Source of the DNA: Gammaproteobacteria bacterium
GTDB taxonomy: Bacteria > Pseudomonadota > Gammaproteobacteria > Eutrophobiales > Eutrophobiaceae
Direction: 5' to 3'
Length of the DNA: 64,000 nt
NCBI GenBank assembly: GCA_965243205.1
Contig: CBDEUK010000002.1
Coordinates: 1,024,001-1,088,000, forward strand
Shown piece after piece: positions 56,809 to 64,000 of the stretch. Positions within the stretch are counted from its first letter, which is position 1; each line of letters starts with the position of its first letter. The notes below the pieces were generated by a model that saw only the letters and a program-made list of their open reading frames with translations, was not told where the DNA came from and searched no databases. Position numbers and translations under genes: made by a program.

Positions 56809-58053
56809 CTAAACTACAATACCTTCACGAGCAGCCACAGTATGGATATCTTTGTCACCTCGACCCGATAAATTAACAACAATGATTTTATCTTTATCCA
56901 TTTCAGCTGCCATCTTAGCGGTATGAGCCAAAGCATGGCTACTTTCTAGTGCAGGAATAATACCTTCCACTCTGGTTAAATCATGAAACGCTTGTAAAGC
57001 CTCATCATCATTAGCAGCTACATATTCAGCGCGACCAGAATCTTTTAACCAAGAATGTTCAGGCCCTACACCTGGATAATCCAAGCCAGCAGATACTGAG
57101 TGAGTTTCAATAATTTGGCCGTTTTGGTCTTCCATTAAATACGTACGATTGCCATGCAATACACCAGGTTTACCATCGTTCAATGGTGCCGCATGTTTGC
57201 CTGTTTGAACTCCATAGCCTCCTGCTTCGACTCCAACAATAGAAACTTCTTTATCATCTAAGAAAGGATGAAATAAACCAATGGCATTAGAACCTCCACC
57301 AACACAAGCAACAATCGAATCCGGTAAGCGTCCAGTTTGATCCAAACACTGCTGTCTAGCTTCGCGACCAATAATGGCTTGGAAATCTCTTACCATTGCA
57401 GGATAAGGATGTGGGCCAGCAACAGTGCCGATAATATAAAATGTGTTATCAACATAAGTGACCCAGTCTCGCATAGCTTCATTCAAAGCATCTTTTAAGG
57501 TCTTGGAACCTGATTCAACTGGAACAACTGTAGCGCCTAATAACTTCATACGATATACATTGATCATCTGACGTTGAATATCTTCAGCACCCATGTAGAC
57601 AATACATTCAAGTCCTAATCGAGCTGCAACCGTTGCAGAAGCAACGCCATGTTGGCCTGCGCCTGTTTCAGCAATGATACGTGTCTTGCCCATACGTTTG
57701 GCTAACAGTGCCTGACCAATGGTATTGTTTACTTTATGTGCACCAGTGTGATTCAAATCTTCACGTTTCAAATAAATCTGTGCGCCACCAATTTTTTGTG
57801 ACCAACGTTCAGCATGATATAAAGGCGATGGCCTTCCCACATAATGTTGTAAATCATGATCCAATTCCGCCATAAACTCAGGATCAGTCATGTACTTTTC
57901 ATAAGCCGCAGTTAATTCATCCAATGGCCCCATTAACGTTTCAGAAACAAAACGCCCGCCATATGGACCAAAATGTCCTCGTTCATCTGGATAGGGAAAT
58001 TGTTCTGTAAACCGACTGTTCGCATCAGCCTGATGATTATTAGTTACTTGCAT
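56809..58053 (-). CDS. trpB: Tryptophan synthase beta chain
   Basis: [49 protein letters not shown]. Confidence 0.97.
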   Translation of the reverse strand: MQVTNNHQADANSRFTEQFPYPDERGHFGPYGGRFVSETLMGPLDELTAAYEKYMTDPEFMAELDHDLQHYVGRPSPLYHAERWSQKIGGAQIYLKREDLNHTGAHKVNNTIGQALLAKRMGKTRIIAETGAGQHGVASATVAARLGLECIVYMGAEDIQRQMINVYRMKLLGATVVPVESGSKTLKDALNEAMRDWVTYVDNTFYIIGTVAGPHPYPAMVRDFQAIIGREARQQCLDQTGRLPDSIVACVGGGSNAIGLFHPFLDDKEVSIVGVEAGGYGVQTGKHAAPLNDGKPGVLHGNRTYLMEDQNGQIIETHSVSAGLDYPGVGPEHSWLKDSGRAEYVAANDDEALQAFHDLTRVEGIIPALESSHALAHTAKMAAEMDKDKIIVVNLSGRGDKDIHTVAAREGIVV

Positions 58054-58684
58054 GATTAACCTCTTGAATAAATACACGGATCTTATTCTGATCCTTTATT
58101 CCTTTGTTTACCTCGACACCACCGCTGACATCAACACCACAAGGATACGTTTGGGAAATAGCTGAAGCGACATTTTCCGGATTTAATCCTCCGGCTAATA
58201 TTATTGGTTTTGGTGAAGATTTTGGAATTAAATCCCAATTGAATTTTACACCCGTCCCGCCTTCAACACCTGGCACATAGCTGTCCAGCAATACAGCCAT
58301 TGTATCAGGATATTGCATAATCTTGGCAGTTAAATCCATCTCAGGTGTTACTCTAATTGCTTTTATAAAAGGCTTGTCATAGGCAATACATTCATTATTT
58401 GTCTCATCACCATGAAATTGCAAAACGTCTAAAGGCACTTCTCGCAAGACGGAGTTGATATAGCTTCTTTTTGCATTGACGAATAAACCTACCGTAGTCA
58501 TAAATGGAGGACATTGCTTCAATAACATTTTGGCTTGTGGAATGGATACAGAACGTGGGCTTTTTTCGTAAAATACAAAACCTACCGCATCTGCTCCAGC
58601 TTGATAAGCGGCTAGCAAATCTTCTACTCGGGTAATGCCACAAATTTTCACTCTAACTCGGTTAGAATTAATACGCTGAACCAT
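58040..58684 (-). CDS. trpF: Phosphoribosylanthranilate isomerase
   Basis: [33 protein letters not shown]. Confidence 0.96.
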   Translation of the reverse strand: MVQRINSNRVRVKICGITRVEDLLAAYQAGADAVGFVFYEKSPRSVSIPQAKMLLKQCPPFMTTVGLFVNAKRSYINSVLREVPLDVLQFHGDETNNECIAYDKPFIKAIRVTPEMDLTAKIMQYPDTMAVLLDSYVPGVEGGTGVKFNWDLIPKSSPKPIILAGGLNPENVASAISQTYPCGVDVSGGVEVNKGIKDQNKIRVFIQEVNHASN

Positions 58685-58704
58685 AAATATTGTTTCGATT
58701 TAAG

Positions 58705-59493
58705 CTATAAACACAAAGGCCATTGTGAAGGATTTGCCTTTGGTAAGGCAAATATTTCTGGATATTCCACATCAATAAAATACAACCCATCTGCAGGAGC
58801 AGTCATTCCTCCTAATTCTCGCTGCTTGGTTTCGAGTACCTCTCTTGACCAATCCACCGCTTGTTTATTCATGCCTATTTCTAAAAGCACGCCAGCGATG
58901 TTTCTAACCATATGCTGTAAAAACGCATTGGCTTTTATATCAATGAATATGTAATCACCACTTCGTTTGACGCTTAATTCATGAATCGTTCTAATTGGAG
59001 TTTTCGCCTGACAACCCTGTGCTCGATATGCACTGAAATCATGCTCACCGATTAAGCATTTAGATGCTTCAGACATTTTTTCAACATCTAATTGCCGACA
59101 TTCCCATGTGACTTTTTTATGTAACAACGCACTACGTGCATCACGATTAAGTATCACATATCGATAAGTTCTAGAAAGGGCAGAAAAACGGGCATGAAAA
59201 TCTTCTGAAACTGGCTTAACCCAGCACACATTTACATCGAAAGGCAAATTTGCATTAGTACCTAATAACCAGGAATGCATATCCCTTTCAGCCGTCGTTT
59301 CCATATGCACGATTTGTTGAATTGCATGAACACCTGAATCGGTGCGGCCAGCACAAGAAACTGTTATTGGAATATTAGCGACAGAAGATAAAGCCTTCTC
59401 AAGCGTTTGTTGAACTGTACGGCCATGATCCTGAGACTGCCAGCCATTGAATTGATGACCAAAATACTCAACCCCAAGTGCAAACTTGCTCAT
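58705..59493 (-). CDS. truA: tRNA pseudouridine(38-40) synthase
   Basis: GWQSQ, CAGRTDSGVHA, FHARFSA, FLQHMVRNIAG. Confidence 0.97.
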   Translation of the reverse strand: MSKFALGVEYFGHQFNGWQSQDHGRTVQQTLEKALSSVANIPITVSCAGRTDSGVHAIQQIVHMETTAERDMHSWLLGTNANLPFDVNVCWVKPVSEDFHARFSALSRTYRYVILNRDARSALLHKKVTWECRQLDVEKMSEASKCLIGEHDFSAYRAQGCQAKTPIRTIHELSVKRSGDYIFIDIKANAFLQHMVRNIAGVLLEIGMNKQAVDWSREVLETKQRELGGMTAPADGLYFIDVEYPEIFALPKANPSQWPLCL

Positions 59494-59526
59494 GAGAATT
59501 TGTTAAAAAGAGTTAAAAATAAGCTT

Positions 59527-62500
59527 TTAAATTTGATCTAATAATTGCTTGGCAACTTGTTTCTGTTCATCGTTACCTTCCGCAACGATCTCATCCAAGA
59601 TAGTCTTCGCGCTATCATTATCACCAAGCTCAACATAAGCTTTTGCTAAGTCCAATTTAGTTGATACTTCGTCTTCTAAACTTTGTTGTTCTGAGCTAGC
59701 TGAACGCGGGATAAATACAGTTTTATCGTCATCGTCAGCCATGTAATCAACTTTTGGCATTTCAACAGTCGGAGCATCATAGTTTGTCGTATTTTCAGAT
59801 AGCTCAGCAGTAGCATTTTCTGGAAGTTCAACAGTGCCTTCCATATCAATATCAAGCTCTGTGTTTGGAATCATTTCTTCTTCATCATCAAGTTCCAATT
59901 CGAAACCATCAGAAAGTGAATCCGTATTTTCTTCGTCTAATGTAAACTCATTGGTTAGATCTAAATCCACTGAACCTTCATCAACAGTCGTATCTCCAAG
60001 ATCACTCTTAAGATCATCAGTATCTTGACCATGAGTATCAAAATCGAGTGTGACTTCATCAGAAATACCCATCTTCACAGTAGGTTCAACTTCAACTTCA
60101 TCATCATTGTTATCAGAATCTAAAGTTAAGTCGACACTGAAATCATCGGTTAAAGAAATATCTGCAGCATCTAAATTAACAGTTTCTTCATCGGATGTCG
60201 GAGTTGGTATTGCGTCCATTTCAACGGTCACTGCTTCACTTGGGTCAATAGCGTCATCGCTTTTTTCTGGAAGCTCATGTGCGCCACTGATATCAAGATC
60301 TATAGAACCTGAGTCCGTAGTGCCATTATCAATATCTAATGGTAAGTCAAAATCAATACTGCTTTCTTCAGCTTCACTAGGAGTCGATGCTGCTGCATCT
60401 AAAGCATCCATAGCGCGTTCTATACTACTATCCCCTGCTGGCTCTGGGGTACTTTCAGCTTCATCAGGGACATCTAAATCCAATGCTTGGACATCAAAAT
60501 CAAGCGTGTTTTCTTCTTCTATATCTGATTTATTTGTTGCTAGAGAAGCCAATGTATCTAAATCAGTTGATGCTGTAACATCGAGTAAATCTTCTTGTGA
60601 ACCGGCGGTGATATCTAAAATATCCTCTCCACCATCACCACCAGTCAAATCCAAGATATGTTCCGCTGACTCTGAAGGTAATGAAAATTCTAATTCATCT
60701 CCAACTGCACTCGATGTTGAAACGTCGAGAATGTTTGAATCAGATAGCGTTTCTAAGTCACTGGCTTCACTTAAAGTATCAATTAAACCTTGAGGGTCAG
60801 CCCCTTTATTTTCTTCGTTGGCTTGTTTAGTCGGAAGTACATTTTGACCTGTAATATCAAGCACATCAGCAGCCGTTTCTTCTAGTCCACTATCAGGTAC
60901 AGCAGAAGGGTCTTGAGCTGTTAAATCAACAATACCTGAACCTGATGTTAATGCGTCATCGACATCATCAGGATCAATGGCTTGTGTATCATCTAATCCA
61001 TCAGTGCGTTCCGTAAAAATTTCACGGTTTGGTGATAATTCAGCCCACATTGCCAGAGCATTATCCCAATGTTCACCAGAGCTACCGAATTTATCTTGTA
61101 AAACTTTAGCGGCATCTTCGTAGGCTTTTTTATCTCCAGATGCATAATAAACTTCGAGCAGTTTTGTATGGAATTCTAAATTATCAGGTTGTTCTTCTAA
61201 ATTTTTCTTAACAAACTCTTCAGCTTGATCAAAATGCTCATAGGCAAGGAAAACATTCACTTCTGCTAATGGATCTTCATCAGCATCAGCAGAATGAGGT
61301 TCAGCATAACCTGCAGGACCACTATCAGAAAAATCATGCGCTGCAGTTTTTTCGGCGTCAGATTCAGTTGTTTCGATTGGTTGAGACAAATCAATTGGTG
61401 CATCCATGACTAACGTATCATTCGAATCAGCTTCAGGAGCCGGTTCCTCTGATACAGTTGATATTAAATCTTCGTCATCATTATCATCACTACCAAAGCT
61501 TAGAATGTCATCGTCATCATCAAGCTCTAACTCTTCCTCTTTACCAGAACGAAGTTTTTTAAGACCAAAATAACCGAGTAATAAAGCAAGTATTCCACCT
61601 AAACCTGAACCAACAAGCGTCAGATTATCCTGCACAAAACCCATGATTGATCCAAGATACTGTTGCACCATACCCATAACACCAGCACTACTATCATCAG
61701 TAGTAGTATCAGCTACACTCGTTTCTGGTTGAGTCTCTACAACAGGAGTTTCTGCAGGTATTTCTTCAATTTCATCTGGTAACGTTTCTTCTTCAAACCC
61801 ATCGTCCATAACATCAGCGATTGGTTCTTCTATTTCTTCATCGAATGATTCAGACTCTCCTGGAAAAGCTTCTTCCATAGCAGGTTCTTCGTCATACAAC
61901 TCACCATATTCAGAAAGGTCTGTTTCAGCTAATGGCTCTTCTTGAATAAATTGGGAAGATTCATCAAACGCAGATGATTCCTCAGGAATCATTTCTTCCC
62001 CAATAGTTTCAGATAACTCTGCTTCCATTGGTAAAGAATCTTCCATATCTTCAGTAAGCGGCTCTTCTTGAGGAAACTCTTCTTCAAGAGGAGCCTCTTC
62101 AATCATTTCTTCAGAGGTAGTAGCGGATATCTGCTGCCGTAGTGCAGATAGCTCATCTTCTTTAAGTACTATCAAACGATTTAAATCATCAATAATGCTT
62201 TCTGCTTCTAGAAGTTTTTCTTGAAGCTCTTTATTCTCACTTTCAAGTGCGACCAATGATTCTTGAGCAATAGCCATATCATCACTATTAACGGCTGAAC
62301 TTGATCCTGTATCGCCTGAACCTTGCCCTACTCCTGAAGTTGAATCATCAGATCCAACTAAGCGAAGTTCAGGATCGGATTCTTCTGCCAGTGTTTCTGT
62401 CGGTAAACCCGGCGAATCATCTGAGGTCGTTGGTAGAGACATACCAGAAGAATCAGGACGTTCTGAAACATTATTGGCTAACGTTTCACGATAACCTTGC

Positions 62501-63393
62501 CATGCCTGATTATGTTCAAGTGTCTTTTGTATGGCTTCAGCTTTGGATACTTGTCGAATTTCATCTAAATCAGGTACAGATAAAACCTCACCACTTTTTA
62601 AATTATTAATATTATTTTGTTCAAAAGCATCTGGGTTATTTCGATACAAAGCCATCATGGTTTGTTGAATGCTAACGCTTGTTTCCGGTCTCATCGAACT
62701 TGCTAAAGCCCATAATGTATCCCCCTTAGAGGTTGTGTAATCACCACCAGAATAACTTGGAGACGGGGTTGGGGTTGAACTTGGGCTAGTAGTATTTGTA
62801 ACTGGCTTAGGTTGGTAGTCCGAAGTTGTTGTGGAGCCTGTAGAATGATCGACATAAACGGTTGGACCTGAGGTATCGATAGCCGATGCTCTCACCACAG
62901 GAATCTTTTTAGGATACGTTGGCTCAACTGTCTCGGTAGAGCTAGTAACAGGTTGAGGTTGGGTACGGCTAGTCACTGGTGCTGGCGTAGTCGCAACTAC
63001 AGGCGCATAAGTTGGAGGATCTAATAAAGCGGTATATTCACGCAATAATCGACCACGATTCCAATTAATTTCAACCAAAAAGTTAAGATATGGTTCTCTT
63101 ATTAGATCATTACTAGTAATAACGATGTAATCAGCACCACGGGTTTCCTTAATATCAAATTTTAATTTGGTTAAATTAAATGAACGCTCAACTCCTGCAC
63201 GTTCAAAATCTTCTGGGCCAGCTAGGTTAACTTTTAAGCTATCCAATTCATCTGCGCTTGCTGACAGCAACTCAATTTGGGCTTTGAATGGTTCATTAAG
63301 CTTTGATTGAAGATCTAATTTGCCTAACCCCAATGCAAGGCTGGTGCAAGGTAAAGCAAGTATAGATAATGTAAGCGCTATGCTACGAATCAT
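59527..63393 (-). CDS. fimV: FimV/HubP polar landmark protein
   Basis: LGLGKL..SKLNEP, LLREYTALLDPP, LysM-like GDTLW, acidic linker, C-terminal TKLDLAKAYVELGD. Confidence 0.93.
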   Translation of the reverse strand: MIRSIALTLSILALPCTSLALGLGKLDLQSKLNEPFKAQIELLSASADELDSLKVNLAGPEDFERAGVERSFNLTKLKFDIKETRGADYIVITSNDLIREPYLNFLVEINWNRGRLLREYTALLDPPTYAPVVATTPAPVTSRTQPQPVTSSTETVEPTYPKKIPVVRASAIDTSGPTVYVDHSTGSTTTSDYQPKPVTNTTSPSSTPTPSPSYSGGDYTTSKGDTLWALASSMRPETSVSIQQTMMALYRNNPDAFEQNNINNLKSGEVLSVPDLDEIRQVSKAEAIQKTLEHNQAWQGYRETLANNVSERPDSSGMSLPTTSDDSPGLPTETLAEESDPELRLVGSDDSTSGVGQGSGDTGSSSAVNSDDMAIAQESLVALESENKELQEKLLEAESIIDDLNRLIVLKEDELSALRQQISATTSEEMIEEAPLEEEFPQEEPLTEDMEDSLPMEAELSETIGEEMIPEESSAFDESSQFIQEEPLAETDLSEYGELYDEEPAMEEAFPGESESFDEEIEEPIADVMDDGFEEETLPDEIEEIPAETPVVETQPETSVADTTTDDSSAGVMGMVQQYLGSIMGFVQDNLTLVGSGLGGILALLLGYFGLKKLRSGKEEELELDDDDDILSFGSDDNDDEDLISTVSEEPAPEADSNDTLVMDAPIDLSQPIETTESDAEKTAAHDFSDSGPAGYAEPHSADADEDPLAEVNVFLAYEHFDQAEEFVKKNLEEQPDNLEFHTKLLEVYYASGDKKAYEDAAKVLQDKFGSSGEHWDNALAMWAELSPNREIFTERTDGLDDTQAIDPDDVDDALTSGSGIVDLTAQDPSAVPDSGLEETAADVLDITGQNVLPTKQANEENKGADPQGLIDTLSEASDLETLSDSNILDVSTSSAVGDELEFSLPSESAEHILDLTGGDGGEDILDITAGSQEDLLDVTASTDLDTLASLATNKSDIEEENTLDFDVQALDLDVPDEAESTPEPAGDSSIERAMDALDAAASTPSEAEESSIDFDLPLDIDNGTTDSGSIDLDISGAHELPEKSDDAIDPSEAVTVEMDAIPTPTSDEETVNLDAADISLTDDFSVDLTLDSDNNDDEVEVEPTVKMGISDEVTLDFDTHGQDTDDLKSDLGDTTVDEGSVDLDLTNEFTLDEENTDSLSDGFELELDDEEEMIPNTELDIDMEGTVELPENATAELSENTTNYDAPTVEMPKVDYMADDDDKTVFIPRSASSEQQSLEDEVSTKLDLAKAYVELGDNDSAKTILDEIVAEGNDEQKQVAKQLLDQI

Positions 63394-63411
63394 AGTTTGT
63401 TCCTGTTATCG

Positions 63412-63807
63412 TTATCCTAATTTAGGGTCTATCAGTATTTGATATTGACGATTCAAACGTCCCGATGACCAATTTAGTTCTAAAATAAAATTAACCACCG
63501 GCTCGATGATTGGTTTTTGACTTTGTATTTGTAAAAAATGTTTTCCGTTCGCTTGTTTCACCAATTCGATTTGGATTTTGGGTTGGCGGTAAAGATTGCC
63601 CAGTGATTCATCATAAATTACCCCAACCTTTAAATTTTCTAATTCTTTCGCACTGATTGAGCTTAAAGCAATGGTTGCATTCAACTTTTCGTTCAAGCTT
63701 GAATGTAATTCTAATTCTGATACAGATAACGCATAACCAGATGAAATTTTGGTTAATAACGCAAACAAAGCAGCAAAGCGCATCATGGTTATTATTTTCA
63801 TCGACAT
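63412..63807 (-). CDS. Stand-alone FimV N-terminal-domain protein
   Basis: Signal peptide; ELHSSLNEKL..IIEPVVNFILELNWSSGRLNRQYQILIDP parallels the first ~130 aa of the adjacent FimV. Confidence 0.78.
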   Translation of the reverse strand: MSMKIITMMRFAALFALLTKISSGYALSVSELELHSSLNEKLNATIALSSISAKELENLKVGVIYDESLGNLYRQPKIQIELVKQANGKHFLQIQSQKPIIEPVVNFILELNWSSGRLNRQYQILIDPKLG

Positions 63808-64000
63808 ATTCGTTATTTACCCAATGATTTTTATATCAAAATCAATATCTTACGAAAAATAAAAGACTAACCCAGAACAACGCTTCCCATAAGCGTCTTG
63901 AGTTAGCTAAAAATTCATTACAAATACTAATTAAATCCAGTACTTATAGTATTTCTTTATACTAGTACTTAACTATAGCTTATAAATACTCTTTTACCAA

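Noticed and set aside
59834-62609. Long antisense ORFs and low-complexity repeats within fimV
   Set aside because: By-products of the Asp/Glu-rich FimV linker
1-64000. CRISPR array, rRNA genes, IS transposases
   Set aside because: No regularly spaced direct repeats, rRNA-like tracts or transposase motifs were seen

Overview
AT-rich chromosomal window from a gammaproteobacterium, inferred from the fimV-truA-trpFBA-accD-folC-dedD-cvpA-purF-metZ synteny. It is probably a C1 or glyoxylate assimilator, given the serine-cycle cluster and an MxaD-like gene. (1) 1-4282: the 3' part of an RNA-repair/translation-stress locus. It holds a dense array of unusual tRNAs and tRNA-like RNAs: tRNA-Arg with a 48-nt insert in the T-loop, a Leu-bodied tRNA with an Ile UAU anticodon, an unexplained ACCA-ended structured RNA and a tmRNA-like 3' end. 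These are followed by genes for an SPFH/slipin protein, a Ser1 proteasome-beta/HslV-like protein, RtcB, and a small basic ORF with a hairpin before its stop codon (ArfA/BrfA-like architecture). (2) 4.4-30.8 kb: mixed accessory genes. (3) 30.9-37.5 kb: defence island with an XRE regulator, a HEPN protein, an Ec67-like retron (ncRNA plus RT-TOPRIM) and a divergent HTH-Dcm/Vsr/EcoRII-like R-M system. (4) 37.8-46.1 kb: mcl-mtkAB-hpr-ppc-sga cluster. (5) 46.5-63.8 kb: housekeeping operon, with a SAM-II riboswitch before metZ and an Amt plus Ser/Thr kinase pair inserted between purF and metZ. All calls come from reading the sequence and motifs by eye; no searches were run.
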